Below are positions 47,701 to 58,000 of a DNA stretch of 64,000 bases, one piece after another. The DNA comes from an uncultured Cytophagia bacterium (GTDB lineage Bacteria; Zhuqueibacterota; Zhuqueibacteria; Thermofontimicrobiales; Thermofontimicrobiaceae). Made by a program: the position numbers and the translations under genes. Within the stretch, counting starts at the first letter, position 1. Each line of letters begins with the position of its first letter. Where the stretch lies: contig CAYYMH010000011.1 in NCBI GenBank assembly GCA_964472785.1, positions 22,783-86,782 of the forward strand, written 5' to 3'. A model generated the notes under the pieces. That model saw nothing but the letters and a program-made list of their open reading frames with translations. It did no database searches and was not told the DNA's origin.

Positions 47701-47862
47701 AAGATTCAGACATTAGTAGCAGAACAACAGAACGCAGGACATTATGTAGCTCATTGGGATGGAAGAGACGAATCCGGGCAGGAAGTCAGCTCCGGTGTTT
47801 ATGTTTATAAATTGATTGCTAATGATTTTACAGATTCCAAAAAGCTTATTTTGATGAAGTAA
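44767..47862 (+). CDS. secreted subtilisin-like (S8) serine peptidase with cohesin-like/dockerin-like modules and T9SS C-terminal sorting domain
   Basis: The signal peptide ends IDS|QT. The catalytic His region is SHSTHVAGT and the Ser region is SGTSMAAPNTTG. A cohesin-like module (PIDAFGFEFNYCSDKLSLVSV) and dockerin-like repeats (GDVTDDGALTPADAL / ANCDQLITPGDAL) follow. The C-terminus is a T9SS CTD (...VYVYKLIANDFTDSKKLILMK). Confidence 0.85.
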   Translation: MSRLCAIVSLLLIIFNPALIDSQTANNQNRKNLELLAERHQKKSLQKKQEAIKWAQEKGAPVRTEFKDGTIIEIQEILNGYPLYYITENINAAKTVSTDDVWPGGSAGLNLTGLGITIGEWDGGGVRTSHQEFNGRVTQMDSPSGTSSHSTHVAGTMIARGMDSDAKGMAYQATLDAYEWSSDESEMATAAANGLLFSNHSYGFITGWEYNYFGDGRYAWFGDISVSQVEDHKFGFYLDHAADWDEIAYNAPYYLIVKSAGNDRNDTGPSPGGTHWYYNGSTWALNNTTRDRDGGNDGYDCIPGGSAISKNVLTVGAVDDIPGGYTMPSDVVMSSFSGWGPADDGRIKPDIVANGISLYSCDDDYDSDYTSKSGTSMAAPNTTGSLALLQEHYKETHNDSLMLAATLKALVIHTADEAGAYAGPDYEFGWGLLNTTTAAELITQDTTDGNFIREVELQNNGQYSLQVNSNGVDQIKVTIAWTDPAGTPPSAQLNPRTPMLANDLDLRITNDNQTHYPWKLDPDDPSHSAIRADNTVDNVEQIIIEEPIQGGYTIVVNHKEQLTNSRQQFSMILEGVTFGSDSCIAPYIACPNVEGKPGQNLIIDIAIEDNPLPIDAFGFEFNYCSDKLSLVSVEKYDLTDSFQFFQFQENTPGTVTIGGFNTDPILANQSGAIARITLQVDQCTEGETCDLEISNLTDDVAGLNICDGSFTCVTCLLGDVTDDGALTPADALCVFQRYLEPSYQSTDCPCLDDASDANCDQLITPGDALIIFTAYLNNIDPPLFCPVLKTEYDQKENFGNEKLYLKPTGNNPEQEMTFSLMIDNPAELRAFGIDLGFPDDLLRFVDVKPTSVTECWQILEGTEPLAGVVRIGGFNQEAIQQKGSLSLATITFREKRGAQGEGELWLFNASDDLSEIKKENLQFSLQTTDVRQITFETTPKTYGLGQNYPNPFNMETDIFYQLPEASEVKLTIYNSRGQKIQTLVAEQQNAGHYVAHWDGRDESGQEVSSGVYVYKLIANDFTDSKKLILMK

Positions 47863-47955
47863 AAAGAAAGCCAGATTTAAAAGTATAGTACCAAGTTATT
47901 GGACTAATAATATCATAATTTAATTTTATTTGTTCACTAAAAAAAAGGATAGTAA

Positions 47956-50035
47956 TATGATAAGGAAAAATTACTTCAGTTCGGTCGTGTTACTGGTCTT
48001 AACTGTCTTTTTGACAAACGCACATTCAGCATGGGACGTGAGCCCTGCCGAGACCTCATATCAATACGGACCTGGAGAAAGTTTCACTGTTGAAGTTGAA
48101 TTAAGCGGTTCGGGAAGCGACATTGATGCACTTGGATTCGATTTTAATTACCCGAACAACTTGCTTACTTTTGATAATGTCGATTTTTCCGGTACACTTA
48201 TGGATGTCTGGAATTTTAAACAATCCAGTGAGTTATCCCCGGGCCTTCTTAAAATTGGAGGATTTACAACAACCGGAATTATTACAGGAGGCACACAAGG
48301 CACTATTGTTAAAATAAACTTCACGGTCAAGCAAAGCGCGACTGGTAGCGGTCAGTTCATGATAACCAACGTCACCGATGATTTAACCGGAGCTACTACA
48401 TCCGCAGCGACATTTAACACTGGTGGTGCACCAACTGATGGATGGGACATCTCCCCCGCTGAATCTCAGTACCAGTATTCACCAGGTCAGGCATTCACCG
48501 TCGATGTTGAATTAAGCGGAGATGGTGATGATATTGATGCGTTAGGATTTGATTTTAATTATCCGAACAGCCTGCTTACCTTTGACAATGTCGATTTTTC
48601 TGGTACGCTTATGGAACCATGGGATTTTAAACAATCCAGCGAACCATCTCCGGGTCTTCTTAAAATTGGAGGATTTACCACAACTGGAATCATTACCGGC
48701 CCAACCCAGGACACTTTAGTCAAAATAAATTTTACAGTGAAACAGGGGGCAAATGGCAACGGAATGTTTACAATCGATCAACTTACAGACGATGTATCGG
48801 ACGCGACAGCAGGATCAGCAACCTTTTCCACGAACACAGGAGGAGGTTACGACGTTTCTGGGACGATCCAGTATTTCCAGAATCAGAAGGCAGTCCCTTC
48901 AGCAGATGTCTCGCTGAACGGGAACTTTACAATTACGGATAATAGCGGTCAATTTTCGTTTTCTCAAATTCCCGGTGGAAATTACAGTCTGAAACCGGCC
49001 AAAACCGGTGATGTTGGAAACAGCGTTAGTCCCTTTGATGCTTCGATGGTGCTGCGTTTTGCTGTGGGCTTAATTTCTCTCACACCCTATCAACAAATTG
49101 CCGCCGATGTTTCCGGAAACGGGAGTATCTCACCGTTTGACGCGTCATATATTTTACGCTATTCTGTGGGATTAATTTCTTCATTTCCTGTCGGAGCTGA
49201 TTGGGGATTTGTGCCGAATTCCTTTGTCATTGATGAAAACAATTGGAATGAAGCCCCGGACTCAATCGACTACTCACCGTTAAACTCAAATCAAACCGGA
49301 CAGGATTTTACAGGAATTGTTTACGGCGATGTAACCGGAAACTGGTTGAATGCGTCCCTCACTGCATCAACAAATGGTGCTGAAGTCATAGTAAAGAATT
49401 TCGAAAATTTGCAAAACTCGCTTATCAAGTATCCGATAGAATTTCAGATTGATGAGGAAGCGTTTTCCGGTAGCTTTACTTTGAACTACAGCTCAAATGA
49501 CTACGAATTTGTGTCCTGCTCAAATCCGCCTACTGGCGGATTAATCGCTGCAGCTTCCAGTTCAGATGGTCAGGTTAAAATCGCTTTTGCATCGGAAAAC
49601 TCGTTATCAAATCAAAAGTTAACCTTCAACCTGCTGCTGAAAAAAATCAAATCAGGACAGACTCATTTACCAGACGTCGAATTAACCGATGTATTCATTG
49701 ACGATAAATCTGTCTTAACAACAGCCGTAAACCAATTTCAACAAAACGAATTACCAGCGGATTTTAATCTCCATCAAAATCACCCCAATCCATTTAATCC
49801 GGAAACAAACATCCGGTTTACCATTCCGAAATCATGTTTTGTAACGATGGCAGTCTATAACCAGTTAGGTCAGCGGGTCAAAACATTAGTGAATGGCATT
49901 AAATCGCCAGGAACGCACGAAGTAACCTGGAACGGATTGGATGAAAATGATCAGCCGGTGGTGAGTGGTGTGTACATTTATAAAATGAATACCAATAATT
50001 TTACGGCTTCAAAAAAGCTCATTCTGATAAGATAG
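47956..50035 (+). CDS. secreted protein with two tandem cohesin-like domains, dockerin-like repeats and T9SS C-terminal sorting domain (scaffold-like)
   Basis: The ATG at 47956 is preceded by aaggata. Two ~137-aa repeats are present (DIDALGFDFNYPNxLLTFDNVDFSGTLM...). The dockerin-like pairs are GDVGNSVSPFDASMVLRF / ADVSGNGSISPFDASYILRY. The T9SS CTD is ...VYIYKMNTNNFTASKKLILIR. Confidence 0.65.
48032..48850 (+). repeat. tandem direct repeat (2 x ~411 bp, ~85% identical) encoding the two cohesin-like domains
   Basis: 48032-48442 is nearly repeated at 48443-48850. The antisense ORFs 48148..48330 and 48559..48759 are mirror images of each other. Confidence 0.7.
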
Positions 50036-50240
50036 TATCAAATGACCGTATGATAGAACAACTATTTGAATAATAATTGCTCAAGACACCGCTGCTATCG
50101 TCAAAATCGGTAACAGCGGTGGACATAATTGGATGAGTTTTTCAGAAATAGATCTTCACAAATTCCCACCCTCATACCTCTGTTAATTTCATTGGGAACG
50201 AATTAAATATAAATCAGTAACATATACCAAGTATAATTTG

Positions 50241-50272
50241 AAATCCGGCAATCTTGAATTCCGGATTTTTTA
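50241..50272 (+). terminator. rho-independent terminator after the scaffold-like gene
   Basis: aaatccgg (50241-50248) pairs with ccggattt (50261-50268). It is followed by ttttaa. Confidence 0.5.
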
Positions 50273-50323
50273 ATTCATCGGTAATGCGATAAAAAACACA
50301 GAATCGAACCTAACACAATCAGG

Positions 50324-51871
50324 GTGCTTATGAAGAAAACAAAAAAACCGAAAACGAGTTTTATAGACAAGGCGTTGAACATAGTAGAGCGTGTGGGAAA
50401 TGCGTTGCCGCATCCGGCTTCACTATTTGCAATATTTGCGTTGATGGCACTGATCGCTTCAACACTGGGACACTGGCTTAATGTACAAGTGACACACCCG
50501 GCAACCGGTGAGGTGATTAAAACTGTTAATTTACTATCCAAGACAGGGATTGAGCGGATAATTGACGACATGGTTGTCAACTATACCAGTTTTGCACCAT
50601 TAGGAATTGTGCTTGTAGCGATGCTGGGAATTGGTATGGCGGAAGGAAGCGGGCTCATCGGCGCGCTTATCAGGAAGTTGGTGCTTTCCTCACCCCGCAA
50701 ACTATTAACATTCGTGATCGTCCTGGCAGGTATTCTTTCCAACACAGCAAGTGATATTGGCTATGTGCTGTTGATACCATTAGCCGGGATTGTATTTATC
50801 GCAGTCGGACGGCATCCCATAATTGGTATGGCTGCCGCGTTTGCCGGTGTTTCAGGTGGATTTAGTGCTAATCTGATCCTGGGAACCATCGATCCGCTGG
50901 TTGCCGGTTTATCTGAAGAAGCTGCACATATTCTTGATCCGACGTATCATGTGAATCCTACTGCAAATTATTATTTTATGGTGGTCTCAACTTTTATCAT
51001 TGCGATTGCAGGAACTGTTGTCACCGAAAAGCTGGTGGCGAAACGTTTTGGTAAATACGAAGGAGCTCACAGCGAGGATCAAATCGAACCGCTATCAGAC
51101 CTTGAAAAAAAAGGGCTTCGCTGGAGTGGCATTACCTTGTTCGTATGGATCATTATCATTTTAATTGGCGTTGTTCCGGAAAACGGATTTTTACGTGGAT
51201 CTGAAGGTGGCTTGTTATCTTCGCCGCTGATAAAAGGGGTGATTGCTGTGTTATTTCTTGTTGCCGGTTCCGCAGGGATTGTTTATGGTGCAGTCACCGG
51301 TAAATACAAAAACGATGCTGATGTTGTCAACGGAATGACGGCGAGCATGAAATCGCTGGCAAATTATATGGTACTGGTTTTTTTTGCAGCGCAATTTGTC
51401 GCATATTTTAAATGGAGCAATTTAGGCGTCATTTTTGCCATCTCTGGTGCCGATGCACTCATGAAAGCAAATCTTGGCGTTATACCGCTGATGCTGCTTT
51501 TTATTATATTATCCGGAACCATCAATATGTTTCTTGGCAGCGCCTCAGCGAAATGGGCGTTGCTCGCGCCAATTTTCGTTCCGATGTTTATGCTACTCGG
51601 TTACACACCGGAACTGTCCCAGGCTGTTTACCGGATCGGTGATTCTGTGACCAATATCATTTCGCCAATGATGAGCTTTTTTGCACTCATCATCGCTTTC
51701 TTTCAAAAGTATGATGAAAAGGCAGGAATCGGAACCATTATTTCGACAATGCTGCCATATTCGATTGTGTTTTTTATCTGTTGGTCATTGTTGCTCATTG
51801 TTTGGATTTTACTGGGACTGCCATTGGGACCCGGTGCTGGGTTGTATTATGAGGGTGTGCAAGGATTTTAG
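50324..51871 (+). CDS. abgT: AbgT-family transporter (p-aminobenzoyl-glutamate / MtrF-type)
   Basis: 515 aa polytopic membrane protein. It has the N-terminal cytoplasmic segment followed by the ALPHPASLFAIFALMALIAS helix typical of AbgT/MtrF. Confidence 0.8.
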   Translation: MLMKKTKKPKTSFIDKALNIVERVGNALPHPASLFAIFALMALIASTLGHWLNVQVTHPATGEVIKTVNLLSKTGIERIIDDMVVNYTSFAPLGIVLVAMLGIGMAEGSGLIGALIRKLVLSSPRKLLTFVIVLAGILSNTASDIGYVLLIPLAGIVFIAVGRHPIIGMAAAFAGVSGGFSANLILGTIDPLVAGLSEEAAHILDPTYHVNPTANYYFMVVSTFIIAIAGTVVTEKLVAKRFGKYEGAHSEDQIEPLSDLEKKGLRWSGITLFVWIIIILIGVVPENGFLRGSEGGLLSSPLIKGVIAVLFLVAGSAGIVYGAVTGKYKNDADVVNGMTASMKSLANYMVLVFFAAQFVAYFKWSNLGVIFAISGADALMKANLGVIPLMLLFIILSGTINMFLGSASAKWALLAPIFVPMFMLLGYTPELSQAVYRIGDSVTNIISPMMSFFALIIAFFQKYDEKAGIGTIISTMLPYSIVFFICWSLLLIVWILLGLPLGPGAGLYYEGVQGF

Positions 51872-52199
51872 TTAATTTCTTGTACTTTTTGAAATAAACA
51901 AGTTAAACTGAATATGTTTCCGGACGAAATCTTTTGACTTATTTTTTTCCGTGTGAACAAAAACATTTCCCTTTCCCGGTTTATATTGAGTTGTCTGGTT
52001 CTGATATTTTTCGACAAATTCTAAATACTCATAACCACGGTAAGGGCACAGAAAATACAGACGAACTTTGCGGATAATCAAACAGCAGGACTTAATAAAA
52101 ACGGATAAATCTCGTATTTTGACTTCGGTTAATTCAGTCACTTTATTGTGATAATGACCACAAAAGTGAAATAGATGACGACCTTCTGGTAAGTGACAC

Positions 52200-52979
52200 T
52201 TATTCTAAAACATAACGAAATGTGATCACGCCCCGTTGTATATTCTGTGGTTCACTTTCAGAAAGCGGATTAAAACGCCATTGCCGCAATGCATCCAGCG
52301 TGAGTTTCTCCAGCTGCGGGTCTGATCTTATCACCGGAATCATCTCCCCAACCTGCCCGTTCGGTAAAACCGAGAAGCCGATTTTAACTACGGCTTGTTT
52401 TTGTAAATTTTCCGGATATTCCGGGATGACTTTATGTACCACCGCTCGTTCTGCCACCTTGCCTTCAATTTGGTAAGGCATATTTTCTCCACCCGCGTTG
52501 ATTTTACCCGCAGAACTCGCAGGCATAATTTTATCTTCCGGCGTCAGCTTCCGTCCCGCAGAGGCAATGAGTTTATCTTCTTTTTTTGAGGCACTGAATA
52601 ATGGTGCGTCGATCATCGTTTTGTTAGCAGATTGTTCGTGTCTGTTTATTTTCTCTTTATCCTCGACGGAGATTTTCTGGTTGTCATCCGGAACCCGCAA
52701 TTCCGGCGCTTCATCCTCCAGCATTTTTCGTAAAGGAAGTTTAACAACATCTGGTGTCGCTTGAACGCCGTCATTGACATCGGACAGCTCTTCGCTTTTC
52801 GAAAGCGGTGAATCCGGACGCAACGAAGAACCTCTTTCTGTTACAAATGCCACTTCCGTAAATTCAGAAGTCCTGAAGTGCCATTTGACTTTTAATAACA
52901 GAAAAAGAGCAATCAAAAGGGCATGAAAAAATATTGAGAGAATAAGCGCCCACTGTTTTTCTCGACTGTTTAAAACCAC
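52200..52979 (-). CDS. tonB: energy transducer TonB
   Basis: It has an N-terminal TM anchor and a Pro/Glu/Lys-rich linker. The C-terminal TonB domain is PEYPENLQKQAVVKIGFSVLPNGQV. It lies downstream of exbB-exbD. Confidence 0.7.
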   Translation of the reverse strand: MVLNSREKQWALILSIFFHALLIALFLLLKVKWHFRTSEFTEVAFVTERGSSLRPDSPLSKSEELSDVNDGVQATPDVVKLPLRKMLEDEAPELRVPDDNQKISVEDKEKINRHEQSANKTMIDAPLFSASKKEDKLIASAGRKLTPEDKIMPASSAGKINAGGENMPYQIEGKVAERAVVHKVIPEYPENLQKQAVVKIGFSVLPNGQVGEMIPVIRSDPQLEKLTLDALRQWRFNPLSESEPQNIQRGVITFRYVLE

Positions 52980-52981
52980 GG

Positions 52982-53401
52982 CTACAAATCACTCCCTGGT
53001 TGAGTTGCAATTAAAAATTTCTCTGCTCCGGCAATTTTGGCAATGTCCACAATTTCAACGGTTTTTTCCAGTGTCAAATCCTTATCTGCTTGAATAACCA
53101 CCAGCTTTTGAGAGTGCTGATCCAAAAGCTGTTTTAACTTGCCTCCCAGCTCACTTTTCAAAATGCGTTGATTATTCAAATAGATCATATCTGTTTTCGT
53201 GATCGTTAAATAAATTCGGTCTTTGGTGTCAACTTCTCCCGTAATCGCTTTAGGCAAACTCACTTTGATACCGGGTTGGACAAAAAATGATGAAGATAAC
53301 AGAAAAAATATCAGCAGTAACAATACAATATCGGTCAAAGAAATTGTTGAAAAGGTGACTATTTTTTTTCGATTCATTTTAAAATTCATCTTTTTTCTCA
53401 C
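52982..53401 (-). CDS. exbD: biopolymer transport protein ExbD/TolR
   Basis: About 139 aa with a single N-terminal TM segment. The region DVLLLLLIFFLLSSSF is ExbD-like. Confidence 0.8.
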   Translation of the reverse strand: MRKKMNFKMNRKKIVTFSTISLTDIVLLLLIFFLLSSSFFVQPGIKVSLPKAITGEVDTKDRIYLTITKTDMIYLNNQRILKSELGGKLKQLLDQHSQKLVVIQADKDLTLEKTVEIVDIAKIAGAEKFLIATQPGSDL

Positions 53402-54011
53402 CTCTCTCGATCAACATATCCAAAATGGTTGTCGAATGATCCTCCATTTCAAAAACAAGATATTCAACCTTGCCCTGAAGCCAGTTATAAAAAATGAGCG
53501 TAATAATACCAACGGCAAGACCGGCAGCAGTCGTAACCAGCGCTTCCCAAATTCCACCGGCTAAAACACTGGCATCCACATTCCCCCCGAGATTTTGAAC
53601 CTGAATAAACGCCCGGATCATCCCGGTTACCGTTCCTAAAAAACCCAAGAGTGGCGCAATAGCAGCAATGGTGCCCAGTATGCCCAGATTGCTTTCCAAT
53701 CGAAATATTTCCGCCTTTCCGGCGTTTTCAATCGCTTCTTTTATTTCTTCGCGTGAACGGTTATATCTTTCAACCGCTGCCTTGGTGATTTTCGCGACGG
53801 GTGCAGACGTCTTTTTTGCAAGCATTATCGCATCAGTGATTTTCTCCTTCATAATCAAAGATTTGATATGAAGAATGAAGCTGCGGGCATTAATTCGCAT
53901 TTTTCTCAAATATAGCCAGCGCTCGATAATAATCGCCATTGCAATAATAGAGCACAGAAAGATCGGTATCATCAAGATGCCACCTTTAACAAGAATCATC
54001 AAAAAATTCAT
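53379..54011 (-). CDS. exbB: MotA/TolQ/ExbB proton channel protein
   Basis: 210 aa with 3 TM helices. The C-terminal signature region is GFLGTVTGMIRAF. Confidence 0.8.
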   Translation of the reverse strand: MNFLMILVKGGILMIPIFLCSIIAMAIIIERWLYLRKMRINARSFILHIKSLIMKEKITDAIMLAKKTSAPVAKITKAAVERYNRSREEIKEAIENAGKAEIFRLESNLGILGTIAAIAPLLGFLGTVTGMIRAFIQVQNLGGNVDASVLAGGIWEALVTTAAGLAVGIITLIFYNWLQGKVEYLVFEMEDHSTTILDMLIERGEKKDEF

Positions 54012-54068
54012 TCTACCTCCTCTAAAGATAATTTCCTTTTCATTCGCTTTTAATCATTCAATTTTCAT

Positions 54069-55037
54069 TTAATCATAAAGCAAACCGATCAAGACTTTGC
54101 CAACATTCCCCAGACTCTGCGCACTGCATTTGTCCGGTGTATCTTCGATTGTATGCCAGTAGGGATAATCAAAATCAATGATATTAATGCAACGAATCCC
54201 CACTTGCAGCAGATTCAAATGATCATCATAAACATCATGCTTGACTTGGGGGATGAATTCGTGAATGCCCAATGCTTGTGCTTTATTCCACACTAAATCC
54301 ACGATGTCTCTGGCGTACTGATAAGAATTTTGTTCAATATAAAGCTGTTGATCCGCGTCGCCGATCAAATCCAATAAAATGCCGAATTCCGGCCGATAGC
54401 GTTTTGTTACTGTCTGAGCAAATTTCTCCGAGCCTTTTGCCCAGGTATGGTTTTGTCCGTAAGAACCAAAATCCTCTGCATCAAACAGAACAATATCCAC
54501 GCCATATTTCGGCCGCTTCAAGTGAAGCAGACGGGCTATTTCCAGCAAAACAGCAACTCCGGAAGCACCGTCATTCGCGCCCAACACCGGTTTTGAATGG
54601 TTCTGCGGATCTGGGTCCTGATCTGCCCAGGGGCGCGTATCCCAATGAGCGCAAAGTAAAATTCGTCGGGTATTGTCCGAATGAAAATTCGCGATAATAT
54701 TAAAACACTTCACTGGCTTTTCTTCGGGTCTGATGCGAATTCGAAACGGCTGTTCAGTGACTTTGTCAGCATATTGCTGCAACGTTTGAACGAGGTAGTT
54801 TTTGCAATTTACATGAGCGTCAGTGCCGGGAACACGAGGGCCGAAGTCACATTGTTTCTCTAAATACAGAAATGCATTATCCTGATCAAACTTAGGTGTA
54901 ACCTGACTGTTACACGAGGAAATAGATGCAACAAAAAAAATAATTATCAATTTTGTCTGAAATTTTATTCTCATGATAATATCCAATAAATAATTCCGAT
55001 ATTTCCGTACTAAATAAAACGAGTTAAGTATTTTCAC
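54069..55037 (-). CDS. M28-family metallopeptidase-fold lipoprotein, glutaminyl-peptide cyclotransferase-like
   Basis: The lipoprotein signal is ASISSCNS. The M28 zinc-site region is LLCAHWDTRPWADQD...VLFDAEDFG. It is adjacent to the SprA-like gene. Confidence 0.5.
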   Translation of the reverse strand: MKILNSFYLVRKYRNYLLDIIMRIKFQTKLIIIFFVASISSCNSQVTPKFDQDNAFLYLEKQCDFGPRVPGTDAHVNCKNYLVQTLQQYADKVTEQPFRIRIRPEEKPVKCFNIIANFHSDNTRRILLCAHWDTRPWADQDPDPQNHSKPVLGANDGASGVAVLLEIARLLHLKRPKYGVDIVLFDAEDFGSYGQNHTWAKGSEKFAQTVTKRYRPEFGILLDLIGDADQQLYIEQNSYQYARDIVDLVWNKAQALGIHEFIPQVKHDVYDDHLNLLQVGIRCINIIDFDYPYWHTIEDTPDKCSAQSLGNVGKVLIGLLYD

Positions 55038-55039
55038 GA

Positions 55040-58000
55040 TTAAGAGCCGCTAATGGAAATGTTGACATTAATTCCCAACTCCTGAATTGTCGTGTCTCCG
55101 ATTCGTTTATTGCTGTTCTTCCCCATTTTGAAGTGCACACCGCCGCGAACGTTCCGGCTGAACGAATAATTCAGTTGTGGTTCAAGTGACCAGCTCTTTC
55201 TCATATCTGTTTCGACCCAATCTTTTTCCTGTAACTTTTGAAAACTCTGATTGTTATTCATGCTGATGGTGAGCTGAAAATCCATGTTATTTTTCAACTC
55301 CTTATTTTTCAAAAATGGGAGTGGAATTCTCATTCCACCGCTATGGGAATACGAAGCGCTAAAAGACAGATCCGATTGCACGGATTTCTGACCTCCGGAA
55401 CCACCGCGTTGCGTAAAACTAATATTCTCAGAATAATTATAACGAACATTCATGTTGATATTCTTTTTTAAACTGATGTTAAATCCAGCCAACGGACGAA
55501 ATGATTTTGTGTACGATGTTTTTGTTTTTTGATTAGGATTGTTTTGCCATGATTCCTGTTTTTTACCGGAAAAATTATGATCGAAACTGATGCGCTGAGT
55601 AAATTTCTTAAAAAACGAAATTTTCTCCAATCCGGACCATCTGACCGTCCATTCAGCTATCGGGAATCCTCCCGTTTCTTCTATATAAAACCATGAATCT
55701 GAACTTCCCCCGGTTCTGGTTGTGGTTTCGTTTTCGTCTTCATCGTGACTATACTTCAGACTCACATCCATTTGTTTAATTATGTTTAATCCGGACTGGA
55801 GCGAAATGCTCCTGTTATCTCTGAATGAACCGTCATTGGTTCCCACACCCTCAACACTTTCCATGCCCGGATTCTTATCGAAACCGACCATGTAATTAAA
55901 AGAAGGCATGCCACCGGCTGGGTCTAATCCGTAATTGCTAATATTTTTCCGCTGCGTCAAATTCAAATTAATCGGTTTAATGCGACTGGTGATAAAATCA
56001 ACGCCGCTACCTAAAATTGATAATGGATTGAAACCTGATCCCTGATCTTCTTTTTTATCCTGGTCTGATTTGTCAGGCGGTTTTTTCGCTGGTGGCCTTC
56101 GACGCTTGACCCGAGTACCTGATGATTTTTTAAATAAAGACTTTACAAACTGATCCGGATCAAACGTTAATGATGTCGTAATTGAATTGTTATTGGATGC
56201 GTTTCGTCCCCTATCTTTTAGCTGAAGGTTATTACTAAACTTGAACTTGGCTGAATAAGAAAAATTCGTCTTTAACCAGCGAAATAATTGGGGATTAAAT
56301 TTAGCACTGATCGACTGACTCATGTCTGTCAACTGTCCAAATCGGAAATTAGTAATTTCCTCCAATGGCTCTGCAGTATCCCTGAGGTCATTTTTGTAAT
56401 CACGGGAAAAATCAAATGACATGCTCTGAAAAGGCTGAATACCGGTTTGGATGCTGCGAGAGATGAGAAAGGTTTCATTTTCCGTCACAACGCCCGATCG
56501 TGTTTCTGATTTAGAATTTGACCGATTTCCGGAAGCCTTCAAATTTAAATTTGTCGGAAAATAGAAAAATTTGAGTTGCGCCAGTTTGCTAATAATTGGT
56601 GCCTTGCCTATCCATTTGAACGGTTGAAAATATTTATCCTTGGGAAATGACAAATTGTAACTGATGTTTGCGGTGTACGTTTCCCGATCCGCATATTTCT
56701 GTGTGGAGCTTTTGCTGTGTGATTGCGCCGTGTTAAAGCTGATCGAAATATTGTCAATTGTATTTTTAACAAAGAAATTATTCGAACGCGTATTTTTACG
56801 AAACGAGACACCCAACCCTTGATTGATATTTTCATTACCGATTTTTTCTAAAACGGAATCCGGTGTATCCTTGGTTACCAGGATATCACTGCCGGGTAAA
56901 TACTTTGGGGTTGATGTTCTCTCAGAATAATTGAAATTTATCGGAATAGCGATACCCCACGAATTGGGGAGAAATTTGTGTAAAGAGAAATTACCCGAAA
57001 TGCTTCCTCCGATTTCATTGTTCCCCGAGCCAAAACGTTGGTTCACATTATGGAAATCCGCGTCCTTTTTATTGATCTCACCGTTGATAGTAAAAACATC
57101 TGCCACCTTCAATTGCGCGCGAGCCCGAAGCGCCACTCCTTTATCTTTTTTAACGCCGGAAAGCCGTAGTTCATTTATCCAAATTTCACCCGAAAAAGGT
57201 AGCCCATTTTTATCAATGTAATCTTCCATAGCATCCGGATTGGAAATATTTTTTATTCCTAAAACCAACTGCCGAACATTAGTCAGCGATGGTTCTCCTT
57301 TAATAATGTAATACTTACCATTGCCGAGACTATCAACGCGTAAACCGGTCAAGGTATCCGGCGGCTGCAGCTTCAACGTGGCGAGGTCATTCAGCGCGAT
57401 ATCCATATTGTTACCTTCCCAGCCTTCAAAGATCGGCGATCGGTATTCGTAGTAGTTGTTATTGTCAGAGCCGAAACGGAGAAATAATTCCACACTGGAC
57501 ACGTCTTTGCTGAAATTTCTTCCGTATGCATCACCGCCGTGGATGAACATTTTCATCCTATCGTAATGAATGTAATTTTCCGCCTGATAAAATGTTTTTC
57601 TTAAAATTCCGTTCGCGCCAGCTTCTAATTCATTCACACGAATCACTAATGATTGCTCTTTTGCTTCAACGCGTGTGATGCGGTCTTTAACTCCACTCAC
57701 TCCCGGTGGTGGGCTGTAATCATCATTATCATGTGTATTCGTGACTGCAGCGATCACGGTCGAATCATTTTTCGTATTATAACTTGAAAAATCGTCTGGT
57801 GCGACTCCCATTTCCTTCCAATCGTTCCCGACCAAATTTATTTCAGCAATTCGAAGATAGGTGTCCGCATAACAGCTATCGATCCAAACACGGACGTATT
57901 CAATACGCGACATATCCGGTTCCCCGACTCTTTTAGTGAATTCGCTCAAGGGAATGCGGTACAATCGCCATCCATATTCATTATCCTGTCCGCCAGCAAT

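Noticed and set aside
48148-48759. Two homologous 60-66-aa antisense ORFs inside the scaffold-like gene
   Set aside because: They are mirror images of the sense-strand tandem repeat. Their similarity is a by-product of the duplication.
51872-52141. 89-aa minus-strand ORF between abgT and tonB
   Set aside because: It has no recognisable domain and sits in AT-rich intergenic sequence. It is kept as unsupported.
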